From Candidatus Magasanikbacteria bacterium CG10_big_fil_rev_8_21_14_0_10_47_10 (GTDB taxonomy: Bacteria; Patescibacteriota; Patescibacteriia; Magasanikbacterales; UBA922): 64,000 bases of DNA. Each line of letters opens with the position of its first letter. The stretch's first letter is position 1. The stretch lies in assembly GCA_002773135.1 (NCBI GenBank), contig PFCB01000028.1, positions 4,203 to 68,202 of the forward strand. Reading direction: 5' to 3'. A program made the translations under genes and the position numbers. Of the stretch, positions 1-10,972 are shown piece by piece. The notes beneath the pieces were generated by a model. It was not told where the DNA came from, did no database searches, and saw only the letters and a list, made by a program, of their open reading frames with translations.

Positions 1-303
1 CCCGCCTTTCCTCACGATGAGCGCGGCTGGTGGTCTTCAGACATCCATGGTGAAATAATGTTGTACGATGTAAACGATTTGGCGGCAGTTGCGCAAGGGA
101 CAAAATTACCGTATGAGCCGCAACCATACGCCCGTATCAACATTAATCAGTACTTGTTTGATCCGGGATTTGATTACGGCAGGTATAAAAAACAATCTCT
201 CGGTGCTGCCGCTTTTGATAGAGAACGTGGATATCTCTACGTCTTTGAAAGAATGGCTGACGAGGATGAAAAAAGTATTGTACATGTATTCGAAGTAAAA
301 TAA
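1..303 (+). CDS. Hypothetical protein, C-terminal part (5' end outside window); paralog of 326..1786
   Basis: Frame 1 is open from base 1 (PAFPHDERGWWSS...). It aligns by eye with the C-terminus of the next ORF (RGWWS, DLAAVAQG, EPQPYA, DPGFD, AFDRE.G..Y.FER.AD, VHVF). Confidence 0.85.
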   Translation, partial: PAFPHDERGWWSSDIHGEIMLYDVNDLAAVAQGTKLPYEPQPYARININQYLFDPGFDYGRYKKQSLGAAAFDRERGYLYVFERMADEDEKSIVHVFEVK

Positions 304-325
304 ATTTTCTTTTCCCACATATATT

Positions 326-1786
326 ATGCCGGATGAAACCCCAACAAAAGATCAAATGTCTCAAATTCCGCCATCGGAACCGCCTCGATCAAGGAAGTCG
401 GCACTGTTGATTGGTGGACTTATCATAATTGTCCTGATTGGCATTGGTACATTCGCTTACCTGAAAACCACGTCTCAGAATGCTCCACTCATTTATGTTC
501 CAATCAATGATACCCTGCGAACGGGTGGACAGGCGGATTCCGCCCTATCACCTCCTATTGATCCGAGCACATTGCCATCCGAGCTGATTACGCCATCGGA
601 TATTGTATATAAAGGCGCCTTTCGACTGCCGGAACCGTCCGGGGGCTCCGGCTGGGGCTGGAGTGGCTATGCGGCCACGTTCTATCCTGCCGGTGATTCT
701 ACCGGACCGAACGATGGATATCCCGGCTCGTTGTTTGCCACTGGCCACGATTACCAGCAAATGGTTTCTGAAATCAGCATTCCGGTACCCGTTATAAGCA
801 AAAATCTTGAAGATTTGAATACAGCAACCACAATTCAACCGTTTGCTGAAATCCGCGGGAAACTTTTTGGCGAGCAGGAGATCCCTCGCGCAGGACTTGC
901 GTACCTGCCTCCCCAGGCAGGGCACACAACAGGCAAGCTCTATTTTTCATGGGGTCAGCACTTTGAGGACGGTTCACCCACGCACGGATGGAGCGAGCTG
1001 AACCTTGCGAACCCCGAGCCGGCAGGGGCATGGTATGTTGATGGCTTTACCAGCTACGCAACCAACGACTACCTGTTTGAAATTCCGTCAGACTGGGCTG
1101 ACACGTATGTGCAGGGCCGCAGACTTGGTACCGGACGCTTCCGAGATGGCAACTGGTCCGGCCGAGGACCCGCGCTATTTGCTATTGGACCATGGCAACA
1201 TGGCAATCCGCCAAAGCCAAACACCACCATTGACGCGACCCCACTGCTCTTATACGGCATTCAAGAACCCGGGAACCCGGAGATAGTGAATGACCCTGAG
1301 ATGGAAATGAAAAACTTCAGTGAATCGGATGAATGGAGCGGAGCTGAATGGCTGACAAAGGGAGATACGGCGGCGCTGGTTTTTTTCGGGACAAAAGCGC
1401 TTGGTGAAACATGGTATGGATTTGGCAATGGCGTGGTCTACCCAACTAGTGGAGACGAAGATGAAGTCTATCCGGACGTGCCGGATTTTCCATTTGACCA
1501 ACGAGGGTGGTGGAGCGAAGGAATTCAAGCGCAAATGATTTTTTATAACCCGGCTGATTTGGCCGCTGTCGCGCAAGGAAAAATTGGTCCGCATGAACCG
1601 CAGCCATATGCCACACTCAATCTTGACCCATATCTGATCGATCCGGGTTTTGATTTTGTCCGCGAAAAACGATACATCCTGGGCGCTCCTGCGTTTGACC
1701 GCGAGCACGGTCTTATCTATCTGTTTGAGCGCAGAGCGGATAGTGAAGATGACCTCAGCGTCGTGCACGTATTTGCCGTGCAATAA
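326..1786 (+). CDS. Membrane-anchored hypothetical protein, probably beta-propeller-like and extracytoplasmic
   Basis: 486 aa ORF with an N-terminal hydrophobic helix (LLIGGLIIIVLIGIGTFAYL) followed by a Gly/Trp/Pro-rich domain. Family not recognised. Confidence 0.8.
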   Translation: MPDETPTKDQMSQIPPSEPPRSRKSALLIGGLIIIVLIGIGTFAYLKTTSQNAPLIYVPINDTLRTGGQADSALSPPIDPSTLPSELITPSDIVYKGAFRLPEPSGGSGWGWSGYAATFYPAGDSTGPNDGYPGSLFATGHDYQQMVSEISIPVPVISKNLEDLNTATTIQPFAEIRGKLFGEQEIPRAGLAYLPPQAGHTTGKLYFSWGQHFEDGSPTHGWSELNLANPEPAGAWYVDGFTSYATNDYLFEIPSDWADTYVQGRRLGTGRFRDGNWSGRGPALFAIGPWQHGNPPKPNTTIDATPLLLYGIQEPGNPEIVNDPEMEMKNFSESDEWSGAEWLTKGDTAALVFFGTKALGETWYGFGNGVVYPTSGDEDEVYPDVPDFPFDQRGWWSEGIQAQMIFYNPADLAAVAQGKIGPHEPQPYATLNLDPYLIDPGFDFVREKRYILGAPAFDREHGLIYLFERRADSEDDLSVVHVFAVQ

Positions 1787-1812
1787 ATGCGTGTAATAAC
1801 GCGAAGGGCGTG

Positions 1813-1886
1813 TATCAGGGGGGAGATTCGAACTCCCGACCTCAGGGTTATGAATCCTGTGCTCTCACCAACTGAGCTACCCTGAC
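1813..1886 (-). tRNA. tRNA with CAT anticodon (likely elongator tRNA-Met; Ile2 not excluded), CCA not encoded
   Basis: Reverse complement GTCAGGG-TA-GCTCAGTTGGTGAGAGC-A-CAGGA-TTCATAA-CCCTG-AGGTC-GGGAG-TTCGAAT-CTCCC-CCCTGAT-A folds into a cloverleaf. It lacks initiator features (no C1:A72 mismatch, no GGG/CCC anticodon stem). Confidence 0.93.
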
Positions 1887-1895
1887 ATGACGACT

Positions 1896-1924
1896 AGCAT
1901 ATCTGAAAAAAACGTCATTGTCAA
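1896..1924 (-). promoter_or_regulatory. sigma70-like promoter of the tRNA
   Basis: TTGACA-N17-TATGCT on the minus strand just upstream of the tRNA 5' end. Confidence 0.6.
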
Positions 1925-1948
1925 TCAGTTTGCAGCCGGCTCAGGTTG

Positions 1949-3739
1949 TTATCTGGCCGGCGGAACATTGTAATATTTGAGGATAAATGACGCAACCTGC
2001 GAGAACACCGGCGCTGCGGTTGACACGGAAAACGCGCGCTGCGGTTTTTCAAATTTTACAATCATGACAAACGCCGGTTCATCAACAGGAGCAAACCCGA
2101 CAAACGAATGATTGGTATCTTCAGAATATCCACCGGGGCCGGCAATTTGTGCGGTACCCGTTTTGCCGGCGACATAGTATCCCGGCACAGCCGCGGCACC
2201 GGCCTGCCCGCTATCGATAACACTTACCAACATTCCGGCAACGAGTGACGCCGCCCGACCGGACAAAACCTCTCTCACCACCTCCGGCTTTGTTCGCTCT
2301 ATTTTCCCCTGTTTTTGGCCCTCTTTGTATCGTATTTCCTCTACAATATACGGCTTCATCAACTTGCCACCATTTGCTATAGCGCCAAAGGCGGTAACCA
2401 TTTGCAGCGGCGTCACCGTAATTCCTTGCCCAAAAGACGCGGTCGCGGTATAGCAGTCAATGTCATTGCCCTTTTTTTCATAGAGCGTGTCTATCGTGCC
2501 ACTGCCCTCCGTATCCAATCCAATCCCCTTTTTGACGCCAAACCCAAAATTCTGAATGTACTCAACAAATTTTTCCTTGCCAAGCTGATTGACCACATAC
2601 ACCATGCCCGTGTTAATGGAATTTTCGAGCACGCCGGTCATGGTTTGATCACCATATTCTTTTTCACTTGAGTTACGAATCGGTTTTGTACAGCCGGCCT
2701 CGACAAAACCATTATCATGAAACACAGATCCGGGCTGAACGATATTTTCATTAATTGCCGCAGACATGGCGACCGGTTTAAACACCGAGCCCGGTTCGTA
2801 CGCGGTAAAAATTGACGTGTTATTAAAAACGTCTATGCTCTCCGCTTCGTTGTATTGATTTGGGTTAAAATCCGGCAAACTGCACATGGCTAAAATGGCC
2901 CCGGTGTACGGCTCCATCACAATTAAACTCGCACTTTGCGCCCCGTACTCATCCATCGCCTTGCGCAATATTTCACAGCTCTGAAATTGTATGGTTCGAT
3001 CAATGGTCAGCAAAAGATCAGCACCATCTTCGGCCTCTTGAAAAATTCGACCGGCCAGAGGAATTTGTTTCCCCTTCGCGCTTCTGATGCCTTCAAAAAA
3101 ACCACCCGTCCCGGCCAGCTCTCGCTGCCAGTACCCCTCCAGCCCGTAGCGGCCGACATCAGTACCCTCATCCGTTTTGCCGACAAAACCCATCACTTGA
3201 GACGCAAGCCGACCCTCGGGATAGTACCGCTGCGGCTTGCGTATAAAATGAATACCGGGCAACTGTTTGTCTTCAATCGTCTTCATGATGTCTTCTTCCA
3301 AAGATTGCTCTATCGGTTCATAGGGATCACCCCTCTTATTCAGCTGCAGATAAACCGCCAATTTTTTTTCATCGTCATACCCGAGGATACCCGACAGTTC
3401 GCTCGCGTTTCGCTCCGCTTGCGTGTCCGCGGTAATTTCGCGCGTGTCAGCGTACATGATAAAGACATCCCTGTTCATTGCCAGTGGAAACTCTTCCGCG
3501 GTTCGTGTATCCTGCGCGAATACCGTCCCCCGTTTGGGAAACAACTCGGCGTACAGCTCGTGCGCGCCGGACGCCAGCTGTACATAGAACGCGTGGTTCA
3601 AAATCATAAGGTCAAAAAGCCGAACAACGATAACACAAGCAAACACGACCAGCGCAAGTCCTATTGACCGCAGACGTGCCACCGACTGGTCGGGAGCCGA
3701 CGCGCGATTTGATGCATTATTCTTCTTTGAGAGGATCAT
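1949..3739 (-). CDS. Class B penicillin-binding protein (FtsI/PBP2-type transpeptidase)
   Basis: N-terminal TM, PBP dimerisation motifs (KRG, RYYPEG, GLE), SxxK (EPGSVFKP), SxN (SIN), KTG (GKTGTAQ). Confidence 0.92.
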   Translation of the reverse strand: MILSKKNNASNRASAPDQSVARLRSIGLALVVFACVIVVRLFDLMILNHAFYVQLASGAHELYAELFPKRGTVFAQDTRTAEEFPLAMNRDVFIMYADTREITADTQAERNASELSGILGYDDEKKLAVYLQLNKRGDPYEPIEQSLEEDIMKTIEDKQLPGIHFIRKPQRYYPEGRLASQVMGFVGKTDEGTDVGRYGLEGYWQRELAGTGGFFEGIRSAKGKQIPLAGRIFQEAEDGADLLLTIDRTIQFQSCEILRKAMDEYGAQSASLIVMEPYTGAILAMCSLPDFNPNQYNEAESIDVFNNTSIFTAYEPGSVFKPVAMSAAINENIVQPGSVFHDNGFVEAGCTKPIRNSSEKEYGDQTMTGVLENSINTGMVYVVNQLGKEKFVEYIQNFGFGVKKGIGLDTEGSGTIDTLYEKKGNDIDCYTATASFGQGITVTPLQMVTAFGAIANGGKLMKPYIVEEIRYKEGQKQGKIERTKPEVVREVLSGRAASLVAGMLVSVIDSGQAGAAAVPGYYVAGKTGTAQIAGPGGYSEDTNHSFVGFAPVDEPAFVMIVKFEKPQRAFSVSTAAPVFSQVASFILKYYNVPPAR

Positions 3740-3791
3740 AACTCCAGTAGTTTATCATCTTTCCGCGTCCTGCTCAATCGCTTTCTTCGCT

Positions 3792-3820
3792 TTGACCAAT
3801 GGCGAAACTATTGCTACAAT
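3792..3820 (+). promoter_or_regulatory. sigma70 promoter upstream of folD and the purine cluster
   Basis: TTGACC-N17-TACAAT with an extended-10 TG, 11 nt before the folD ATG. Confidence 0.65.
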
Positions 3821-3831
3821 AGCGGAGCCCT

Positions 3832-4701
3832 ATGACAAAATTGATCGATGGAAAACGCATTGCCTCTCTTATCTTGGCCAAGACCAAGGCCGCGGTGGAG
3901 CAGCTCGCTCTTGCCGGTGAAGTACCCAAATTGGCGGTTGTTTTGGTTGGTGAAGATAAGCCATCTCAAACCTATGTGGGCAGAAAGGGAAAAGCCGCTG
4001 AAAAAGTTGGCATGGCATTCTCGCTCCATACCCTTCCTTCTACTACAACCACCGAGGAGCTCCTCGCGCGCCTTACCGCCATTCAGAGCGATGCTTTGCT
4101 GTCCGGCCTTATCGTGCAACTTCCGCTTCCAAAGCACATTGATACCGGTACGGTCATCAACATGATTCGTCCGGAGGTTGATGTTGACTGCCTGACCGAC
4201 GTAAATCTTGGAAAGATTGTCATGCAAACCAACCATATGGTTCCCCCAACGCCGGGGGCGGTGATGTCTGTACTGCATCATCTGAATGTTGATTTGGTGG
4301 GAAAACGTGTCACCATTGTTGGCACCGGTCCGCTTGTTGGCAAGCCACTTGCCATTATGATGATGAATGAAAGCGCCAGTGTGCGAACCTGTAACAGCAA
4401 AACGCCGGACACGAAAGAACGGTGTTTAGACGCCGATATCATTGTCACGGGAGTCGGCAAAAAACACTTGATCAGAGGTGACATGGTTTCACCCGGAGCC
4501 ATTGTTATCGATACGGGTGTTGATTTTGACGCGGGAAAGATGTATGGAGACGTACATGTGGAAGAAGTAGAACGTGTCGCCGGCGCGGTCACACCGACCC
4601 CTGGCGGTATCGGACCGATCACTGTCGCCCGGCTGTTATGGAATACGGTACTTTGCGAAGAAAGAAAAAGGTTCCGCGAAAAAAAGCAGATCATACAATA
4701 A
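3832..4701 (+). CDS. folD: Bifunctional methylenetetrahydrofolate dehydrogenase/cyclohydrolase
   Basis: LIDGK, YxxxK, LIVQLPLP, DVD, VGKPLA, IVIDTG, GDV, TPTPGGIGPITVA motifs. Confidence 0.95.
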   Translation: MTKLIDGKRIASLILAKTKAAVEQLALAGEVPKLAVVLVGEDKPSQTYVGRKGKAAEKVGMAFSLHTLPSTTTTEELLARLTAIQSDALLSGLIVQLPLPKHIDTGTVINMIRPEVDVDCLTDVNLGKIVMQTNHMVPPTPGAVMSVLHHLNVDLVGKRVTIVGTGPLVGKPLAIMMMNESASVRTCNSKTPDTKERCLDADIIVTGVGKKHLIRGDMVSPGAIVIDTGVDFDAGKMYGDVHVEEVERVAGAVTPTPGGIGPITVARLLWNTVLCEERKRFREKKQIIQ

Positions 4702-4766
4702 AGAAACACGTCCTATTTGGTGAAAAATCTCAAACAGCAGCCTGTCGTGCGAAGATATATAGTTAA

Positions 4767-6086
<1,320 letters not shown>

Positions 6087-6092
6087 TAGCGG

Positions 6093-8462
6093 ATGGGTAC
6101 TAACAATATGAAATCAGGTATGGCGCATACGGTGGATACAATTGACGTCCTATCGCTTGACGATGCGCAGTTACAACGCAAATTTTTGGATTACAAAATT
6201 CAGCTCACGCGCGATGAAGCGGAAAAAATTCAACGCCATATCCTCAACCGCCCGCCAACAGTAACTGAGCTGATTTTATGGTCTATACAGGGTTCTGAAC
6301 ATTGTTCCTATAAAAGTACGCGACACCTTTTGAAACAATTTGTAACCGATGGACCCAATGTCATTTTGGGACCTGGCGAGGATGCAGGAATTGTTGAAAT
6401 TTCGCGCGATACCAGCGGACAAAAGTATGGTATTGTCATGAGTCATGAATCTCACAATCACCCATCGCAGATTGTCCCATATGAAGGAGCCGCGACCGGC
6501 ATTGGGGGGAATGTCCGTGACGTCGCCTGCATGGGTGCAAAGGTCATTGCGTGCGCGGATTCACTGCGCTTTGGAGCGCTCAACAACCCCAAAACCGGGT
6601 GGATTCACGAAGGCGTGATCGCCGGTATTGCCGGGTATGGCAATCCCATTGGTGTACCAAATATTGCCGGCGACGCGTATTATGACGAAAGCTACAATGA
6701 AAACTGCCTCGTCAACGTCGTAACGCTCGGTGTTTTGGGTGAACATGATATTATCCACTCGCGCGCGCCTGAGCATGCCGATGGCTTTGATATCATCCTT
6801 GTTGGTAAACCAACGGACAACAGCGGATTTGGCGGCGCGAGTTTTGCCTCTGTCGAACTTGCGGACGATAAAAAAGATCAAAACAAAGGAGCTGTTCAAG
6901 AGCCAAATGCTTTTTTGAAACGGCACCTGTTGAAAGCAACATACGGACTTTTTGAGTTGTTGAAAGAAAAAAATCTTATACACGCGGTTGGTTTCAAAGA
7001 TCTTGGCGCCGGCGGCATTGCCTGCGCGGCAGTAGAGCTTGCGGATAGCGCGGGCATGGGTGCTATTATTAACCTGGATCAGGTCTTTGTTGGAATGAAT
7101 GATTTGGATCCAAGCGTTATCCTCTGCTCGGAAACGCAGGAGCGATTTATGTGGGTTGCGCCGCCGGATATCACCGATATTATTGTTAAGCACTACAACC
7201 ACACATTTTCTCTCCCCCACATTGCTAAAGGGGCAATGGCCAAAGTTATTGGGACAGTAACAGACAATCCAAAATTTATCGCAACGTACCAGGGGCAGTA
7301 TGTTGTTGACGCGCCGGCGCGTGCGGTAACAGCGGGACTCAAATACGAGCGCCCATTTCAGGCGCCGCAGAGAACCTATACAGAGCCGGACCGCCCAAAC
7401 ATGTCTGCCAAGCTTGATGATTTATTTTTGCAAGTTCTATCCCACCAGCACGTATCATCGCGTTCACCTATCTATGAAAGATATGATAAGCAGGTTCAAG
7501 GAATTACTGTTATTGAACCCGGACACGCTGATGCCGGCGTGATGCGACCGTTTCATGACCCACGCTGGCCGGCCGAAATCAAAAAAATCGGCATTGCGCT
7601 GTCTGTTGATCACAACCCACGCTATTGTAAAATCAGTCCGTACTGGGGCGCTGTCAATGCCGTGGCGGAAGCATGCCGCAATGTCGCAGCCGTTGGAGCG
7701 ACACCATGGGCGCTCACTGACTGCTTGAATTTTGGCAACCCGGAAAAACCCGATCAAATGTGGGAGTTTGTCGAAGCTGTTCGTGGTATTTCCGATGCAC
7801 AGCGCGGCATTCACATTAAAGATTATCTGACAGCACCCATACCAATTATTTCCGGGAATGTTTCCCTCTACAATGAATCCGGACAGGGCGCGATAGCCCC
7901 AAGTCCTGTTATCGCCTGCCTTGGTCGTTTACGCGACGTGTCCCGGGCTATCACCATGGCATTTAAGCAGCAGGATTCCGCTATTCTTCTTGTTGGCGAG
8001 CGAAAAGATGAATGTGGAGGCAGTGTTTACTACGACATCATTGGCGAACTTGGCGCCAATGTACCAAAACCGGTCCTGCGGGACGTTGAAGCGCAAATTT
8101 TTGCGCTGACAGATGCTATTTATCATGGATATGTTTTGGCCGCGCATGATATCTCGGATGGCGGCGTTGCCGCGTGCATTGCGGAGATGTGCTTTGACAA
8201 CATGATTGGAGTGAATGCGACGATTCCGGGCAGTCTTGATCCGGAAAAATTATTATTCGGTGAAAGCGGTGGTTTTGTGATACAAGTAAAAAAAGAACGC
8301 GTAACACGCGTGGAAGAAATTTTTCAAAACAGAGGCGCGCAGGTCGTTGTGATCGGAGAGACGACGGAAAGCGAACGCATTGAACTGAATGGCTGTATTG
8401 ATGTTTTACTTACAGACGCGCGCTACGCGTGGGACAACGGTCTGCGAAAAAAATTATTGTGA
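6093..8462 (+). CDS. purL: Phosphoribosylformylglycinamidine synthase subunit PurL (small type)
   Basis: SEHCSYK, ESHNHPS, GAATGIGG, DLGAGG, SETQER, DCLNFGNPE, GNVSLYN, HDISDGG; no fused glutaminase domain. Confidence 0.96.
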   Translation: MGTNNMKSGMAHTVDTIDVLSLDDAQLQRKFLDYKIQLTRDEAEKIQRHILNRPPTVTELILWSIQGSEHCSYKSTRHLLKQFVTDGPNVILGPGEDAGIVEISRDTSGQKYGIVMSHESHNHPSQIVPYEGAATGIGGNVRDVACMGAKVIACADSLRFGALNNPKTGWIHEGVIAGIAGYGNPIGVPNIAGDAYYDESYNENCLVNVVTLGVLGEHDIIHSRAPEHADGFDIILVGKPTDNSGFGGASFASVELADDKKDQNKGAVQEPNAFLKRHLLKATYGLFELLKEKNLIHAVGFKDLGAGGIACAAVELADSAGMGAIINLDQVFVGMNDLDPSVILCSETQERFMWVAPPDITDIIVKHYNHTFSLPHIAKGAMAKVIGTVTDNPKFIATYQGQYVVDAPARAVTAGLKYERPFQAPQRTYTEPDRPNMSAKLDDLFLQVLSHQHVSSRSPIYERYDKQVQGITVIEPGHADAGVMRPFHDPRWPAEIKKIGIALSVDHNPRYCKISPYWGAVNAVAEACRNVAAVGATPWALTDCLNFGNPEKPDQMWEFVEAVRGISDAQRGIHIKDYLTAPIPIISGNVSLYNESGQGAIAPSPVIACLGRLRDVSRAITMAFKQQDSAILLVGERKDECGGSVYYDIIGELGANVPKPVLRDVEAQIFALTDAIYHGYVLAAHDISDGGVAACIAEMCFDNMIGVNATIPGSLDPEKLLFGESGGFVIQVKKERVTRVEEIFQNRGAQVVVIGETTESERIELNGCIDVLLTDARYAWDNGLRKKLL

Positions 8463-8547
8463 TGCCTTTCCGTCTGTCGATCAAGTTGAGACGAAGGACT
8501 TCCATGACGCACCCCCTTTACCCACTCCTACGAAGCAAAGCCCCACT

Positions 8548-9255
8548 ATGTCAACAGACAGTCTCTCATTGATAAGAAAAGAGCTCATGCACTATGTGGA
8601 ACCAGCATACAAAGCCGGAGCCATTCTTTTTTTTAAGGAAAAAATCAACCCACTGGGTGTACGCACACCAATTGTTCGAAAAATTGCACGCATGTATTTC
8701 CCAAAGGAGGCAACCAAACAAGAAGTCTTTGCCTTATGCGAACAGTTACTTCAAAAAAAAACATATGAGGAGACGCTTATTGCTTTTGATTGGGCTGTCA
8801 AGCAAACTCATGAATTTGAAAAAAATGATTTTGCTCGGCTTGAGCGATGGTTAAAAACATATGTCAACAACTGGGCCTTTTGTGACGACTTTTGCACGCA
8901 CGCGTTTGGCGCGTTGATTACAAGATATCCGGAACTTTTATCGAAAACAAAAAAATGGCGTGTGTCCGAAAACAGATGGCTGCGCCGCGCGTCAGCCATC
9001 ATACTGATTCATCCAATGATGAAAAAAAAGAAAGAATTTTTGAAGGATGTGTTTGAAGCAGCGGACGCACTTCTTGTTGATGACGACGATTTGGTACAAA
9101 AAGGCTATGGTTGGATGCTAAAGATAGCAAGCAATTCGTACCCTGCAGATGTGTTTCAGTTTGTTATGAAACGAAAAAACACAATGCCACGAACCGCCTT
9201 GCGCTATGCTATTGAAAAATATCCAAAAGAAATGAAAAAATCTGCAATGAAGTAA
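8548..9255 (+). CDS. DNA alkylation repair protein (AlkD-like HEAT-repeat family)
   Basis: GVRTP, NNWAFCD, W..SENRWLRRAS, DDLVQKGYGWMLK, RTALRYAIEK. Start placed at ATG 8548 because the longer ORF overlaps purL. Confidence 0.88.
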   Translation: MSTDSLSLIRKELMHYVEPAYKAGAILFFKEKINPLGVRTPIVRKIARMYFPKEATKQEVFALCEQLLQKKTYEETLIAFDWAVKQTHEFEKNDFARLERWLKTYVNNWAFCDDFCTHAFGALITRYPELLSKTKKWRVSENRWLRRASAIILIHPMMKKKKEFLKDVFEAADALLVDDDDLVQKGYGWMLKIASNSYPADVFQFVMKRKNTMPRTALRYAIEKYPKEMKKSAMK

Positions 9256-9256
9256 A

Positions 9257-9290
9257 ACAAAACCCCGCCTCATCCGGAGGCGGGGTTTGT
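9257..9290. terminator. Bidirectional intrinsic terminator
   Basis: ACAAAACCCCGCCTC-ATCCG-GAGGCGGGGTTTGT between convergent genes. Confidence 0.8.
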
Positions 9291-9349
9291 GCCCATAGTA
9301 CACCTGTTTCTATCACGGTTGTGTGATGGAGACAGGTGTTACCATGGGC
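9291..9349. repeat. Long imperfect hairpin (about 26 bp stem)
   Basis: GCCCATAGTACACCTGTTTCTATCAC pairs with GTGATGGAGACAGGTGTTACCATGGGC, with one bulge, one mismatch and two G-U pairs. Confidence 0.75.
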
Positions 9350-9360
9350 AACTCCTTTTG

Positions 9361-9849
9361 TTAGCCATCGTCAGAATCGTCTGAGTCCGCCGAGTCAAGC
9401 GTTTCGAGCCCTATATCCTCGGGCAAATCCGCCGCGCACCTCACCTGCTCGATCTTGTCGGAAATCATCCGCGCGGCCTGAAGCAGCATATGCGCGGTCA
9501 ACTCGCCGGCGATTTCATTCTCCAGGCGATATGACCCGGCGGCACACCGGATGATCCGAAATGTTTCTACACCTCCCTTGAGCGGGTTGACAATCCTGAG
9601 AATCGCGCGATCAAGCAAGTTGATCGGCTCGATAATGTGGCTCACTCGGTCGGCAAGGTCTGCCTTTCCAAGGCTCCGCAGACTTGCGGCAGCGCACAGC
9701 GTCAGCGCGGATCCGACATTGGCCAGCGCGATCATCACGCCTGGACCTACATCGCCAACCCATGCTGCCCTACTGGCCCATCTGCTACTATATCCGACAG
9801 AGTATGAAACACCGTCGCGCGTCCTCATCTGAACGATAAAATTGGCCAT
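9361..9849 (-). CDS. Orphan hypothetical protein (162 aa)
   Basis: ORF fills the gap between alkD and purM. G-rich SD before ATG 9849, own promoter and terminator, acidic tail. Confidence 0.7.
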   Translation of the reverse strand: MANFIVQMRTRDGVSYSVGYSSRWASRAAWVGDVGPGVMIALANVGSALTLCAAASLRSLGKADLADRVSHIIEPINLLDRAILRIVNPLKGGVETFRIIRCAAGSYRLENEIAGELTAHMLLQAARMISDKIEQVRCAADLPEDIGLETLDSADSDDSDDG

Positions 9850-9870
9850 TTCATTCCCCCCTTTGATTAT

Positions 9871-9899
9871 ACTTAAGCACTCCACACGCTATATGTCAA
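9871..9899 (-). promoter_or_regulatory. sigma70-like promoter of the orphan gene, overlapping the purM start
   Basis: TTGACA-N14-TGC-TTAAGT on the minus strand; a TATAAT follows immediately. Confidence 0.5.
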
Positions 9900-10891
9900 T
9901 GACGTATCAATCAGCCGGAGTCGATATCGTGGCCGGCAACCAGGTTGTCGATAATATAAAGAAACGCGTGGCGGATACGTTTTCACCCCATGTGATGACC
10001 GGCCTTGGCGCCTTTGGCGCGCTCTTTGATATTAAGGCCGCGCTCGCCCCGTACCGCTCCCCTGTTCTGGTCCAAAGTGTGGATGGTGTTGGAACAAAAC
10101 TAACCGTCGCGAAAATGATGAACCGTTTTGACACGATTGGACATGATATTGTTGCCAACTGCTGCGGTGACATTGTCGCCATGGGCGCACGCCCTCTGAC
10201 ATTTTTGGATTACGTTGCACACGAGCGACTGGACGTTGAAATCATGGACAGTATTATGAATGGCATGATTGACGCCTGTATTGAATGTGGTGTTTCTCTT
10301 GTGGGTGGTGAAACGGCGGAAATGCCCGGAACCTACACCACTGGCGAGCATGACATTGTTGGATGTGTGACCGGGGTTGTCGAGCGTGACAATATTATTA
10401 ATGGATCAGCGATACAAGCGGGTGATGTTATCATTGGCCTCTCGTCAAGTGGCCTCCATACAAATGGATATTCTCTTGCCAGAAAAATATTATTTGATGG
10501 TGCCGGCCTTGGCGTTCACTCGCGAGTAGATGGACTCGATAATTCAATCGGTGAGGAACTACTCAAACCGCATATCAACTACACGCGACCGGTTCTTGCT
10601 CTATTGGATGCCGGCATACATATAAAGGGTATCGCGCATATCACCGGAGGCGGCCTGATAGAAAATATCCCCCGCGTTCTTCCAAAGGGTATGCGCGCAA
10701 AAATATGCAAGGGGAGCTGGCCTATCCCCCCCCTCTTTCATCTGTTGGAAAAAATTGGTAAGGTAGAACCCCGTGAGATGTATAGAACCTTTAATATGGG
10801 CATCGGCATGGTGCTGATCTGTGACCCAGCAGATGCAGCATCTATTTTGCGTCAGATAAACGCGTACCGTATTGGAGATATTGTCAGGTAA
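9893..10891 (+). CDS. purM: Phosphoribosylformylglycinamidine cyclo-ligase (AIR synthetase)
   Basis: TYQSAGVDI, DGVGTK, FLDY, GGETAEMPG, SSGLHTNGYSL, HITGGG, TFNMGIG. Confidence 0.97.
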   Translation: MSMTYQSAGVDIVAGNQVVDNIKKRVADTFSPHVMTGLGAFGALFDIKAALAPYRSPVLVQSVDGVGTKLTVAKMMNRFDTIGHDIVANCCGDIVAMGARPLTFLDYVAHERLDVEIMDSIMNGMIDACIECGVSLVGGETAEMPGTYTTGEHDIVGCVTGVVERDNIINGSAIQAGDVIIGLSSSGLHTNGYSLARKILFDGAGLGVHSRVDGLDNSIGEELLKPHINYTRPVLALLDAGIHIKGIAHITGGGLIENIPRVLPKGMRAKICKGSWPIPPLFHLLEKIGKVEPREMYRTFNMGIGMVLICDPADAASILRQINAYRIGDIVR

Positions 10892-10930
10892 AAGCAGCTG
10901 GTCCCTTGCCTTCAAAAAATATTCGTAATT

Positions 10931-10946
10931 TCGTACAATTCCTGCC
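10931..10946. repeat. CCTGCCGGCAGGCAGG mini-palindrome inside (A/T)TTCGTA short repeats
   Basis: Palindromic core CCTGCCGGCAGG, flanked by attcgta/tttcgta/gttcgta units. Confidence 0.55.
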
Positions 10947-10972
10947 GGCAGGCAGGCGTAGTTCGTACATAT

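Noticed and set aside
9291-9367. Integron attC site
   Set aside because: No proper RYYYAAC/GTTRRRY pair at the stem ends and no integron integrase in the window.
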